From contig CM060734.1 of the NCBI GenBank assembly GCA_030704615.1, positions 33,232,001 through 33,296,000 of the forward strand: a stretch of 64,000 bases of DNA. The letters run 5' to 3'. The DNA comes from Takakia lepidozioides. Lineage: Eukaryota; Plantae; Bryophyta. A program made the position numbers and the translations under genes. This document shows, piece after piece, positions 10,790 to 24,300 of the stretch. The notes under the pieces were generated by a model, which did not search any database, was not told the origin of the DNA, and was given only the letters and a program-made list of their open reading frames with translations. The first letter of the stretch is position 1, and the number at the start of each line of letters is the position of its first letter.

Positions 10790-11670
10790 TTAATTTTATT
10801 ATGATTATTGAAGGGAAAAAAATTAAAACCCTTAGTTGGCACGTGGCCGCCATAAGGCTTAACACATGATGTTCGTGACGGATACCCTGAAGAGCAGGAC
10901 GATTAGCAGAGCTAAGCAAGAGAGTCTGTCCGTGAAGAGACCTGAACCAAAAGACTCTAACAAGAGTAATACAACCTAGTGATTCATTCTAGGTTAGATA
11001 CACAACAGACTATGAGGCATAAATCTGAATAGATCCTAGAGCAAAGAGGAGCTCCGAATTTACTTGACTAGAATGTGGAGATTGAAGTCATCAACGCCCC
11101 TGCAGGTAATTTAGGGAAGGTAGGAAAGCTTGGTCTTCGTAGAAGCCCTGACATGCTTCCAGTTGATGTCCAATTTTTCAAACTCAGGGGAAGCGGAAGA
11201 GGAGGGCTTGGTTTCCCCTCCATTGAGGGGGGATTTGCCCAGGCCAGACGCAGGTGTCATGTCCCGAGCAGGAGCAGATGATGCCCCCTCTCCCCCAGGT
11301 AGAATTGAACTGCTGTAGGAGAGCCTGTTCCCACTCTGGTTTCCTGGCAATTCCTGTAGAGACTTTATTCCAAGCCAGCTTAGCTGCCACTGTGAGTTCA
11401 AAGAAGATTCTTATTAGCACAACAGTTGTTGTTGAATTCAGACGTTGCATAGACCATGCACTTCTGGCTTTCCATAATTGCCATAGAGTTGCACCTCGTA
11501 AAGCTTCAAAGACTAGGCAAGTGCATGCGGGGCTGGCCCCAGCCCGAGTAGAGAGAGGCTATATATGGCCATATAAGGGCTGGCCCTTGTAGGATAAGAG
11601 ACAGTGCTCCATGGTTTCCATAGTGCCAGTGTTGCAACAAGTGCAGAGCAGGGCCTCTTGGATGTTTAGA
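10790..11670 (-). mobile_element. 5'-truncated L1-like LINE, 3' end fragment
   Basis: Minus frames give CTCCNTGTMETMEHCLL and LRGATLWQLWKARS...LAWNK...QFNSTWG...IPPQW, clearly homologous to the C-terminus of the LINE at 32720-33910 (LWNLWKARC...IPPQW). Confidence 0.75.
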
Positions 11671-11952
11671 AATTGCCCTACCTTTAGCACGTGGTTGGCG
11701 ATTTGCCAAAGGAAAGCACTCAGCTTTGCTGGTTTCTTCTTGATTCTTAATCAAGATTCTTAATGGATTCTTAATCAATCTTGTCAAAGGTTTCCATACT
11801 TGTTAATTAATAAAGCTGTTCACCAAAAAAGAAAAAGAAAAAGAAAGCTCTATGTGTTCAACAAAATTTTGTTAAGTTTTTCAATCACTTCAATGTTTGT
11901 TCATGTTTATCAATCATACTTTGTTGACCTATTGTCATAACACAGTCTCAAC

Positions 11953-12870
11953 CAGTGTTGTGCGGGTACCCGCTTAGGCGGGTTGGAACCGGCGGTTCCG
12001 GTTCCGGTTCTTCGGAACCGGGGGAGCAGGGACGGCGGGTATGGGTTTTTCCAGGAATCGGCTGGGAACTGGATCCGGGGGGGTCAGTGGCAGTTCTGGA
12101 ACCAGTTCCCGCACTAGGTTTTTTTTTTTTTTTTTTTTTTTCTCCGTGATGTCATCTCTCACCTCCAATCTGCGCGATCTGCTGCAGTAGTGCAACTTCA
12201 GTGCGGGGGAGGGAGCAGTGCATAGCAGCACGGGGAGGAAGGAGCAATGCGCCTCAGCGCGGGGGAGAGGGATCAGAGTGTGAGGGAGGGAGCAGCGCAG
12301 GGAGGTAGCATCGTAGGCAGCAATTTTTTATTTTATTTTTATTTTTATTTTTTCCACGTTGTATCGTCTCACGAGTCTGTTTTTGAATAGTGAGGAATTT
12401 GAATAGTGAGGAAGTCCACTTAGATGACAATGAGGAGTTGATTGCAGAGGCCGAGTTGTTTGAGATAAAATGATTTCTTTGTGTACACTACACACATTAA
12501 TTTATACTCGCTTACATTGCATTATTATTATTTCATAAATTTGTATATGAATGTTGTGTGTTTTCTTTCAACATGGTCAAAAGATTTGATATAACTAATG
12601 GGGATTCACAAATCATTTTCAGATTTATAAAAAACGATCAAAAATTTAATATATATTTTTAAATTCATAAAATAGAGAACCGGAACTTGAAACTGGAACT
12701 GGCGGTTCCTTCCCAAAACATACCCGGAACCGGAACCGGAATCTGCTCATGAATTTTGGAACCGGAACCGCTTCATAAAAAAGGGATCCGGAACCGGAAC
12801 CCTCTCTTTAAATCTACCAAGGAACCGGAACCCGAGGTTTCTTCAATATGGCAAGAACCGCACAACAGAG
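11953..12870. mobile_element. Non-autonomous hAT-type DNA transposon (MITE-like)
   Basis: 8-bp TSD GTCTCAAC at 11945-11952 and 12871-12878; imperfect TIRs CAGTGTTGTGCGG / CCGCACAACAGAG; many subterminal GGAACC/GGTTCC repeats. Confidence 0.88.
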
Positions 12871-13192
12871 GTCTCAACCTTCATGGCATGCTTTACTTAG
12901 GAGGAAAGAAAAAACCATCGAGGCATGTGGGCAGCGACCGCGCAGGTCCTAGTCCACTTCGGAGTCACCGTGGCAGAAGGTTTCGTGGCCACTTGTTTCA
13001 TCTATTGAGGGATATTTCATTCATGAACTATGGCTGTCATTCATTCGTTTCTGTGGAGGAAATAGGCTGCCTAGAACGCCACCAAGGAAATCTAGAGTTT
13101 CCAGAGGAAAGAGAGACAAGAGGCGTGTGTGAAGGGAACTGCAGAGGTGGTCTGAGTTTGCTTCCTGAATCTGCAAGTGCGTTGTTTTGGCT

Positions 13193-15928
13193 ATGGCGGG
13201 ATCATTGGAAGAAGGGAGTGGCGGGCAGTACAAGGAAGGGTACTATGGTACCTTTCAAGGACAACCCAACATGGCCCAGCCAGTGCCCCCTGGCCAGGGT
13301 GGCTATTATCCTGGTCAGGGATACCCATCCGTTGCAGGTACTCTCTCTCTCTCACCCTCTCTCTCACCCTCTCTCTCGTCTTCCAGAGAATTTTCTGAAC
13401 TTGTTTTCTGTATTTGAGCTGGACAGTAAACTGCTCTGATATCCAGAAAGCCAAAAATCAATCTTGGAACGAGTCCCAAAGATGTCGGCCAAAGGGTGAA
13501 GATAAAGAGGAATGTAAACACGTACTTGAGATGCCGTGGCAAGGCCTCCAAGGCCTGCAGGATAGGCGGGGCGGCCAGGATCAAGGTCTTGCCTTTATGT
13601 ATTTAGGTCATGTTCCTTTTCCGCCACCAGCCTCCAGTAGTTAGCAGCGGTCTCAGAACTTGGCCATAGCTGTCTAGCACTCAAATGGCAAAATCACTGG
13701 CCCATTGAACAGTGTATTAGCTTGTCTTATGTTGGCTATCTTGGAAGGTTATGATGTCTGATCAGCTCAGCTGTTGGCACGTCTTGGCAAAGTAATTACC
13801 CTACAGGAGAATCAGGCTTGACAAATTCTGATTCAGCAGTGTTTGGCTGGCTCCAGCGGGTGTCACTCTTCTTTTCATCTTGTTTCCGTTAAACTAGTTT
13901 TTACCAGAGCTTTGTGTTGGAATACGTTCCTACTTGCCCAATGCCACCCTCTCGCTGTAAGGGTAGGAGCAAATGTCAATCACTGCGTGCATGTCTCTTT
14001 GAGTTCCTTTCGATAGTGGCAAATGATTGAGCCGTTTGTTCTCTGGTTATGATACTGCAGGCTATCCCAGGGTTGCAGAGGGGACACCCATGCGCGGCAT
14101 ATATCATAGCCAAGAGCCCCTTCCATTTTGTGGGCTGGGATTTGGCTGGTTCCTGTAAGGCTCAAAGTTTTGTTTCACCCCTGAATCTGCACTTCCACAG
14201 TACATCATGCTAATTGTTTGCAATCCACATTATCATTTGTCCGATCCGCCAATTGACCTCTGGGATCATGATTTCATATTTGAAGAGAGTGACTGACACG
14301 CCAAGATGTTAAATCAGGTGGCAGCTTGCAGATTACAGTTCTGTGTGTGTCGAAATTTACCATGTGTAAAACTTATCAGTTAGAATGTAGCCTATGAATG
14401 AGGGCATTGCAGTCACACATGGCAGGCTGAGTTGTGATCCGATCATGCGAGGGATCATTTCGCTGGGAGACCATTTCTGGTGATAGCAGGATGTTTGAGT
14501 AATATGTTTCTTCTCCTCTTAGATGTGGGGTAAGGGCTCCTTAATCCTATGGGTTTGCACTACCCAACTGTATGCACCTAGTCCAAGAACTAGAGAGGAT
14601 TGGATTCACAGGCTGTTTGATGAGAATGATTTATCCCCTATTTGATCTACATGGTTGTTGTGGATGGTGGGGCAGATTCATTCTGGGGTTTTTTTGTGTC
14701 TCCATTCCCTGGTATGTGGGCACCTTCATCTTCTTCTGCCTTACCCATGATTACAGAGAACGCGCCGGGCTTGCGGCATGTGCCATTGCTGTATGTCTTC
14801 TCCTCTCTGCTATAAAACTTTTGTTTGGTGTTATTGTTGTTTTAAGTTTCTCTTGTCACGTTTTTGCAGAGCTGCTTCACATTCCAGGGGTTGGGTCTGT
14901 GTGCAATATGGATGGATAATGATGGCTGAATCATATTAGCTTTCTTAACCATCCAACAACAGGAGCCACACAACATAATCTTCAATTTGGTTTGCGATCC
15001 TGTTGTGTGCCATTTTCTGATATGTCAAATGACGTAGGGAGGTATTTAGAATTAGATGGCCACGGATTTCTTCTAATTTATAGTTATCTTTTTTAACAAC
15101 AGATGCAATAGCCTTGTGGCTATAAACTATAAACCCGAGAAAAGACAGTCATACCTACACGGCCCTAGAGGCAACCCCATGGATTTTATCATGTCTCTGT
15201 CTCTCTCCCCCTCTCTGCTCTACTCCATATCTTGGAAGCAGGATCGCCCTGTCAAACAGGCTGTACTGGGGAAAGAGGGTAGAAGAGATTCTCAAGGATC
15301 TTGACCCTGCTGGATAAAAAATCCTGTGTGAAGGGCTTTCTAGACGATATCTGGAAAGCCTGAACTAATTGTCTATACCAAGGTAGTCCCACCACCGGAG
15401 TGAACAGGGAACAGACACTACCTCCATGAGGGGTCTATGGCCACAAGACTACAGCAAACGTTGTATGAGTACATTCTCTCTCTCTCTCTCATGATGTTCT
15501 ACATGATGTTCCCTTTTGGTCTATGGCCACAAGGATATGGCAGACAACGTCTTATGAGTACATTCTCACAATGTTCTACTTTGTTCTATTGGCCCTTGGG
15601 TGCCCTGTGGCCACCATAAAGTTTCATTCTTTCTCTCATTTGCCTGGTTTTTGTGTTGTTCAACTTTGTCTTCTTGGCCCTCTTTGGATGCTGTAAAGCT
15701 TCTTTCTTTCTTTCTTTCTCTCGTTAAGTGACGGCAGGGAAGAGTCAATGAGTGCATTCTCTTGCCCCAATTGAATTTCATTCATGGCTAATCATTAATG
15801 GTGTATTGCTTGGCACATCGAGCTGTTCTTAATGTTGTATTTACAAATTGTATGACATCTTTGGGTCTTTTTTGCAGGCTCTTGTGTTTCTCTTGCTTGG
15901 CGGGTCAAAGGCCGGTGATATGTGGTGA
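13193..15928 (+). CDS. Plant '60S ribosomal protein L18a-like' small membrane protein; exons 13193-13337, 14061-14154, 14676-14790, 15878-15928 (134 aa)
   Basis: The spliced frame is continuous with GT-AG introns. PLPFCGLGFGWFLFILGF..IPWYVG...HDYRERAGLAACAIAA matches this family's conserved C-terminal domain, after a Pro/Gly/Tyr-rich N-terminus. Confidence 0.85.
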
Positions 15929-17250
15929 TATGTCAATGTCCACCATTGGTGGATTTATTCCTTTCTTCCTATGTTCATCTGCCACCAAGTCTGGTGTTAT
16001 GACAAGTCCTGTAGCATAATGCCATTTGTTGGTGTGCAAATATCCAGTGTGCAAAAGTAGGTTCATCTAAGGGCATGCCAAATGGTTGTTCCTTATGAGC
16101 TTTTATTGGGTTTTTTTTTGGGGAGGGAGACTCTCCTTTAAGCCACTATGCAGTTAGTCTTCACAGTGGTTGAGTGTGCCTAGACTGGGCTGAGCTAGTT
16201 GTATAGGTTGGAAGTTTGAATTTGTGTACAGAATTTCCATTTCACCCCAAACGAAGTAGGAACTCTTGTGCAAGCACAAATCTGGCTCATACAGTCCAGT
16301 CTAATTATCTTATTTTGGGGATTTACTCCAAAGGCGCGCTTTCTCTTTGGCCAAGTTCTAATCAGGTAGAAGCGCTATATTCATAGCTGTCTTAGAAAAC
16401 ATTATGAGAGTTCAATTATGGAACAGCCAATGTTGTGTCTGGTATCTGCATTGTTGAATGTTTGATGAAATGAGTTATAGTTGTAGCCTTAAGATATGAA
16501 GTGGCCACACATTCTCCAATATTGTCGGTCAGCATGCATGTCTAGCCAGTGGGTGTTTTACTGTTGCTGTAGAGAGGTCTATGCATGATAGTGAGAACAT
16601 TGGTACTTGATGCACTCATGTGTCCTCCAAGGCCCAATGAGACGAGTCCATTGATGTCTTAATAGTGTCTGAGAGACTGGAGAGACCTGACTCGCTCCGC
16701 CTTCAGCACAATTCGAATGGAGGCATTCACACAAACACAAGTTGCTCCAATGTAGTAAAACAGAAACTCGATTTCTAGTTTATGAAGCATCAGGCTGTGG
16801 TTTCATTTCGTTTTCCTCCTCAGGTGTCTCAAAACTTGGCGGTTGTCCTTAACTTCGATAGTTCTCTGTTCTTGCTATCCTTAGCAACGTAGAGCTGGCT
16901 GAAAATCAGTTAGTGTTAGCAGTATCACAATGGGACTGCTGAGCTCCACTCAGACAGCAAGGAGAGCATCAGAAATTTGAAAAAGTAAAAGAAAAAGAAG
17001 CATTCCTGCTCAACGAAAAGCACAGGAGGCCATTGAAGGATTGAACCCAGGAACGCCCTGGTTATGCGTGCTCTAGTGCAAGAGTAGGAAGAGAGTGCGG
17101 GCTGTCTCCGAGTTGTTTAGTTGCCCTGCGATGGTTTCGCAGGTCGTGATCGCTGCGCTTACATGCAATCTCGAGTGTTGAGAAGTCTGAAGTTACAAAT
17201 CTTCTCCTCGGAAAGGGCAGAAAGCAAAGCACTGGCATCTTCTGGCAGGA

Positions 17251-19155
17251 ATGGACGCTCCTGTTGTCACTGTGAGGGCGAAGTACCTGGTAAATGGGCC
17301 CAAGGGCCAAAGCATGCAAGGGGTTCTGGTGATGAGCGGGAGCCGATTCAAGTGGACATCAAATGATCCCAAGGCGGCAGATAAGAATGTTGATGTTGAT
17401 TTCCTTGCGGTAAAATCCCATAAGTCTAGCAAGGAGACACCAAAATCAAAGAAAGCGCTGCTCAACTTATGCACAGAGGGTGAGGGGAATGCGGATGGTG
17501 GGTATCTGTTTGAATTCCAGAATTTTCAGGAGAGGGATACATGCCGTGACATTGTTGCAAACGCTTTATCCAAGCAGCGGCCTCCAGGGTCAGCGCAATC
17601 ATCAGGGCAATCATCTGGGGGCCCCTCTGTGCAACCGCCGGGTTCGGCTGCCGCTGAACCCGTTGCTGTCTCGCACAATGACCAATTGGATTTTATGGAA
17701 ATGGAGCGGCGTATGAAACTTCTTCAAGAAGATCGTGAACTACAAAAGCTGCATCAGCAGCTCGTGATCAGCGGTGTGCTGTCGGAAGCAGAGTTTTGGG
17801 CCGCTCGAAAGCACATGCTGGAAGATGAAGGATCACGCATTCCAAAGCAGCGAACAGGGCTCAAGAGTGCTATGCTTGCTGATGTTCGTCCTCTCACTGA
17901 CGGCCGAACTAACAAGGTAACATTCAACCTCACACCAGAGATCATTCATCAGATCTTCGCTGAGAAGCCTGCAGTGCACAGGGCATTTCTAATGAATGTA
18001 CCATCAAAGATGTCTGAGATAGATTTCTGGACAAAATATTGTAGAGCAGAGTACCTGTACCGCACCAAGAATGCTGCGGCAGCAGCCGCCGAAGCTGCTG
18101 ACGATGAGGATCTGGCAGTTTTTACTAGGGCTGATGACATCCTTGCCAGCTCCGCCCGTCGGAAGATTCAGAGAGTGGATCCGACACTGGATATGGCAGC
18201 TGATTTGGCAGATGATTACCTTTCCCTACCAGGGCATGGGATTTTGAGGGATGGGAATAAGGAGAGTACAGAGCTGGTGGAAGGGGCCGGTAAGCGCACC
18301 ATTGTGCATGATATAAACCGGCATGCGGCTGTGGTTCTCGAAGGCAGGCCTCTGGATGCGGCACTGAAGGATACTACGACCGTTGCTCATGCCCTGGCTA
18401 GGGCACAACAAGCGGATGCAGCAGAGGAGCAGACAGATGTGCAGGTGGAGAAAAGGCGGATGAACAGAGTGCATAATATGACTGAAATTGAAGACTTGCG
18501 AGGCGATCAAGCTCCTGCCTACGTGCCTCTCTGCATCCAGGACCCCAGGAAGTATTTTGACTCACAGCAGGCGAATGCCACAGGGGATGCTGCATCTGCT
18601 GCAGCAAGTTCTAATCCATTTCAATTGGACCCATCCCAGGCGCTGCAAGCATTTCAGCAACAGTTGACAGGATTTCAAATGGCTGGTTCTGGAGACAATG
18701 TAATCTCACCTGACATTGCAGTCAAGGTCCTCACTGATCTCACACACCATATTGCAAGCTCCAAATACACAACTGGAGTTACTGCAGAGCGAACTGTTCT
18801 GGAGAGCTTACCCCGTGCCTCAAGGGATGAGTTTTTACAGCATTCAGCCACTGTTAATGAACTTCTTCGGCATTTCTGGGCAGCATACCCGCTGACATCT
18901 GTCTTGCTTGTGAAGAAAGCAAACCGCTTGAAGGATGCCATGGGTCAGCTATACAGCCGCATCCAGATGACCAAGGAGGGTGCACAGCCTGACGTGAGGC
19001 ATCAGTTGTCAAGGCTCTTACAACCGCTTTTTCAAGCCCTTGATGCTGCATTCGCACACCATGAAGCAGAGGCAGGCAAGAGGGCAGCCAGGACTTCACA
19101 GAGGCCCCTTGGTATGAACAGTGCCATAAACGGTGTGACCCCTGTAACTGCTTAG
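17251..19155 (+). CDS. TFB1: TFIIH subunit p62 / TFB1 (PH domain plus two BSD domains), single exon, 634 aa
   Basis: Intact ORF. BSD motifs LQKLHQQLVISGVLSEAEFW and FNLTPEIIHQIFAEKPAV...SEIDFWTKY; C-terminal ELLRHFWAAYP. Confidence 0.92.
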   Translation: MDAPVVTVRAKYLVNGPKGQSMQGVLVMSGSRFKWTSNDPKAADKNVDVDFLAVKSHKSSKETPKSKKALLNLCTEGEGNADGGYLFEFQNFQERDTCRDIVANALSKQRPPGSAQSSGQSSGGPSVQPPGSAAAEPVAVSHNDQLDFMEMERRMKLLQEDRELQKLHQQLVISGVLSEAEFWAARKHMLEDEGSRIPKQRTGLKSAMLADVRPLTDGRTNKVTFNLTPEIIHQIFAEKPAVHRAFLMNVPSKMSEIDFWTKYCRAEYLYRTKNAAAAAAEAADDEDLAVFTRADDILASSARRKIQRVDPTLDMAADLADDYLSLPGHGILRDGNKESTELVEGAGKRTIVHDINRHAAVVLEGRPLDAALKDTTTVAHALARAQQADAAEEQTDVQVEKRRMNRVHNMTEIEDLRGDQAPAYVPLCIQDPRKYFDSQQANATGDAASAAASSNPFQLDPSQALQAFQQQLTGFQMAGSGDNVISPDIAVKVLTDLTHHIASSKYTTGVTAERTVLESLPRASRDEFLQHSATVNELLRHFWAAYPLTSVLLVKKANRLKDAMGQLYSRIQMTKEGAQPDVRHQLSRLLQPLFQALDAAFAHHEAEAGKRAARTSQRPLGMNSAINGVTPVTA

Positions 19156-20735
19156 TGATAGCAGCAGCAGAATTGAGTCCACGTGGGCTACTTTGAAATC
19201 ACTGCAGGTCTGTTATGATTCAGTGGAGGCAGACATCTGTTTGCGATCAAATGTCTGTGGCCATATGTTTCTATGCATGGCATTCTCTGTCATTTGTACG
19301 TCTGTGTAAGACCAACAGACTAAGCTTATATGCCTTTGTAACAAGTGCTTGCTGTCTGTGTTTCAGCACCTTAACTTTAGAGTGCCCAAGATTTATCACC
19401 ATCCAGTTGACATGAGCCAAATCTGCAAAGGAACAGTGTACAGGGAGATATTTACTGGATATGTGTGAACCCTGATCAAATTGAGGGAAGGCAGGAGGAG
19501 GTTATTGATACAGAGAAGAAGAGTGGTATAGTGTTGCTTGCGATGGAAGACCTGGATCCAGCAAACCTCTTGCAAACACTCAGTTGACTTCTGCTGCCAC
19601 CCAATTGAATGCACAAAGTCAGTGCAAACAGTGTGCAATTCACGCGCTCAACACCTCAGAAGCGGTGGCATCCTTGTTTGGAAGGTAGTTCTCTTTCTAA
19701 TGTCTAAATCCTGAGGTAGAGACATGGAGCCAGAGAGCATGGATAAGTTATGGAGACGGTCAACAACTTTATGAAAATTGCAGCAACTCACTTTGGTTCT
19801 TGCATCCAAAGAGGGAGAGGGACTGTCTTCTTCTGTTGTGTAGATTGCTAGAAGAATCTGTTTTCTGATTTGGGATTAGTTCAACTTGTGCTGTTTGTCT
19901 GATGGCATATAGAAGTGGCATCCTCATGCCACCATGAATTCAACTTTGTCCTCAGTGTAGCTGTTTCTGGCACCACCATCTTTTGAGATGAGGATTAATC
20001 ACCTTTGGATATATGGTTGCTTGTGTATTGTGATGAGCAGCTGGAAATCAGAGGGCATGGAGAGTTATCATCATATTGTGGACATAGAGGACGAAGAGAC
20101 CAGTGTTCAATGGTCACTGAGGAAGGGCCTAACTCTGCCGAATTGTGTAGGCATCTATAGCGGGAGCTATGCTGGTTATGTGGCCATGACTTCCAGTGTG
20201 CATTTGCTGGTGCACCTGTGACTGCATATGGTGGAGATAGCTGTGACACCATCACTTGCGAAGATATATATGGTGACTCCAGCCAGCAATTCGAGCAGAA
20301 CAGAACGCGATCCATGCAGTATCATAGAACACTACAAGTCAAACTAGTACCAAACCAAAATAAATTTATCTAGCAATCTACACCTGTTTAGAAAGAGGGA
20401 ACTCTCTCTTGCATGTAAGAACAACCTTGAGGAGCTGTAACTCTCATAATAATGACTATGTACCTTTAAGTCTGAATCCATAGACCTGATTAGATGTAGG
20501 TATGTGCTGGGATTGTACATTCTCATCATGCATTCAATGAACCAAGGAGGGCATGGTTTATGGAATGATTGCTGAGGATTTAGGTTTTGGCTTTTAGGCT
20601 GGTTGTATTTGCCTTGTTATTCATTAAAATTTGCAACCACAGCTGTTGCGTTATATTATTAGTTGTGACCCCATTTGTCTAATGGGATGGACCAAGGTGA
20701 TTTATTACTTCTATGACCATTGAACAACATATGAA

Positions 20736-21389
20736 TGTAATAAGGGCCACTCTACACTAGGTTTCAAGCCCGAAGCATTCCCATTGGCGGAGGCCTGAAA
20801 TTGGGCCCAATGGCTTGACACTACAGCCTGAGCCCAAGAAAATGGAAGTGGGTCATTTGCCTACATGGCACAAGTTTTGGCGTCAACTTCTTGGGCATGA
20901 CTAAGAAAAAAGAACCTTCCTAGAATGGAGACCTGTGAAGCCTCAAAACGAGCCTGAAGCATATAATCCCTTCCCTTCCTCTCAAGAAACAAGTTTTCAC
21001 AACAAAGGGGCAAGCAGAAAGAGCAGGCAATGCGCGAGATCCGACACACAGGAGCTCTCATCCAAAGCTTGTACACCGAAATCACATATTTACTAACACC
21101 CGAATCCACCGCTCTGACCTTGTGTCAGGGCACTGTCTTTATACAAAAGCCCTGGCTTTAGTTGCTCGCCGCGTGGCGAGGCGTCACAAGCCAAAACCCA
21201 CGGTGCCGCTTTGTAACCCTAGATCAGATGAAGGGCCAGGATGTGGCCACCAGCCAAAACTAACCCTAACCTAGATATAATTGTAACAGTTTAACGGCAT
21301 TATACGCCAAAAAAAATACTATGGATATATATATCGTTGTTTTGGATGGAACGGGTCATTTCTAGGCTAAGCAAATATGGGGCATTACA
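20736..21389 (-). repeat. Putative 3' LTR of the second Gypsy element
   Basis: TGTAAT...ATTACA inverted ends, with a G-rich purine tract (GTGGGGGGTAGG) just upstream on the minus strand. No second copy is visible to confirm it. Confidence 0.5.
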
Positions 21390-24300
21390 TCTGTGAAGCC
21401 TACCCCCCACGAAAAATCCTGAGCTCCGCGAAGGGAAAATAAATAATAAGGAAATATCACCCTCCACCGCTCGGTGAAAAACCTACCAAGGGAAAACCTG
21501 CAAGTTAAGCCGCTGAGAAGAGAAGAGGATCAAGCTGAAGTAGATCGGCTAAGAAGATCAAGACATCACCCCACCGTGCGCCTCTCCACATTGATACATG
21601 TAAGATCAAAAACTAGTCAAGGAAACAGGTTCATCCCGCACTTCAGTATTAGAGCCTTGTGGACAAAGGAGAGCACGTCGCCCACGTAAAATTTGATAGA
21701 TCAAGTATGGACCGTCGATCTTGAGCTTAGATTTGCATGCATGCTTGTCATGCTGTAATCGAACACACATGGTCTGTCCTACCTGAAACATGTTAGAATA
21801 CTTGACACGCTTGTTAAAATTACGGGCCTGGGTTAGCTGAGCCTTACCAATGTTCGTCTTGGTATCATGGATAGACACCGCATGCCGAGCATGAAGATCC
21901 TCAAAAAGGTCTCAAGATCAACTGGATCAGCAACAGTAGAGATAAGAGGGGTGGAATGCAAAGGAGAAACACATTTGCGACCATACAACAACTCAAAAGG
22001 AGTCTTCTTGGTGCTAGCATGCACGGCGGTGCGATAAGCAAAGAGAATAGGGGGAAGAAAGGTATCCCACTCCCTGGAAAGTACGCCATTCTTCTCCAAC
22101 ATTCGGCAAAGCGTTTGGTTGAAGTGTTCCGTGAGGCCATTGGTCTGGGATGGTATGGGGCAGTGGTAGAATGCTTAACATCAAAATTGAAGCAAATCAC
22201 CGTGAGGAGCTGGTTACAAAATTCCTTGCCCTGATCCGTTAATATCTCCCGAGGACACCCATGCCGCATAAGGATCTCATTGAAGAAGAACTAAGCTACA
22301 ACATCACTTGCATTAGAATGCAAAGGCCGCACTTCTATCCACTTAGTCAAGTAGTCGGTAGCAACACAAAGGTAGCTTCGACCCTTTGATGTGAGTGCGA
22401 GGGGTCCTACTAAATCAATGTCAACACGAGCAAAAGCATGGGTGACAGGCAAAGGCTGTAGCTCATACAAGATTCGGGCCCTAAAGAGAGCAATGTTAGC
22501 ACGACAAGCTTCACACTTAGAGATGAACTCCGTGACGTCCCGGTGGATGCCCAGTCAATAGTAAACCTCTTGGATGCGAGCCACGGTTTTCTTGATACTA
22601 AGGTGACCTGTATACAAGGAACAATGGAAACGCTCCAATAAAGCATTCAGCTGGCTCCGTGGTGGCACCTCCAAGTAGCATGGCACTCCCCCTCTAGTGA
22701 GCTCCTTGAAAAGCTTATCACCTATGAAACGGTGAGTAGACACATGATACAAAATTTGTTTACGCAAGGACTAAGAAAGGCTAGTTGGCGAACGCCCTGA
22801 TTGGCATCGCTGGAGTAGCGCAGCATGTAGCTGATCATCCATGACTGCACTGCACATAAGAGGCAGATATTGGGCTTTCGAGAAGGTGGTCTGGAGTGCC
22901 TGCACCTATGATCTCCAGCGAGAGATACCTTCACCTCATTTGTTACTACTCGTGGACAGCCAAATCAAGACTTGAGGCTCAAGTGCAGCAGCTGAATTAC
23001 AACATACTCGGGGGCCGAGGAAAGAAAAGAGCTGAAACACAACAAGGAACTTCCACCAAACCATCCGAATTCTCTCTAAGCGATAAATCCACCACACACA
23101 CACACTAATACACGAACAAATCAACCAGGATCATCAAGAAGGCTGGACCAGCCCCAAGCAGCCAATATGCCATTGGAATCCAAGGCCAAGGGGTGTTGAT
23201 CTGCACAAAGAAGGTTGAGAAGAGGGCAGGATCAGGAGGAGGGGCTGCATCAGCAACAACAAGGTCATCCAAGGTGAGCATAGGCCTGTTGACAGGAGGA
23301 TCAACCCGTGTGATCGCTTCAACATTTGTGTTTTCCTTGCCCTTCTTGTAGACTATATCCATGTCAAATTCCTGTAGGTACATAACCCATCTAGCAAGTC
23401 TGCCATGGAATTCCCTTGGCTTAACAAGAGCCTTAAGTGGAAGATGATTAGTCTCTATCACAAACCGGCTGCCATGTAAATATTGTCTGAAATGCTTCAC
23501 ACCAAATACAAGGGCTAGACCCTCCTTATCAGATATGGAATAATTTCTTTCATGACGATCTAGACGACGAGATGCATAAGCTATTACATGCTCATTGTCT
23601 TCTACAACTTGACATAAGATTGCAGAGATGGCAACATCTGATGCATCAGTCTGAAGCAAGAAAGGTAACTCAAAGTTGGGAAACATCAGAATGGGAGCTG
23701 AACACAAAGCCTTGCGAAGGGTGTCAAAGGCAGCTTGTTGGGAGAAGGTCCATTCAAACCTGGCATCTTTGCACAACACCTTGGTCAAGGGGTGAGCAAG
23801 CTTGACAAAGTTCTTTATGAAGCGCCTATAATAATAAGTCAGACCAAGGAAGGATTTGATACAATGTTTATCCCTGGGGATATGAAAGCCCTAAACAGAC
23901 TCAAGCTTGGCAGGATCAGGAAGCAAACCATTTTTGGACAGAATATAACCAAGGAAGTGCAGCTCAGGCATGAACAACTCACACTTCTTGGGCTTTACTT
24001 TGAGACCTGCAGTGCGCAATTTGCTGAAAACACGCTGCAGATCAGTCAAGTGAGCATCAAAACTGGCTGAGTATACATTGATATCATCAACATACATTAA
24101 GGCACACTCCCAGCGAAGATTGCCCAAGACCATGTCCATGAGGTGTTGGAATGTAGAGGTGGCATTGCACAAATCAAAAAGCATGGTCTCATATTGGTAT
24201 TTGCCCATGCGACACACAAATGAAGTCTTTTCCTTGGCTGCTTCAGTAAGAGGAACTTGCCAGATGCAAGATCAAGAGAGGAGAAAATTGTAGCACCATG

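Noticed and set aside
12756-13439. 227-aa ORF
   Set aside because: It spans the MITE end, the promoter region and an off-frame exon; not a coherent gene.
13432-13445. GCTCTGATATCCA, resembling the reverse complement of a tRNA-Met PBS
   Set aside because: Imperfect match inside an intron with no adjoining LTR.
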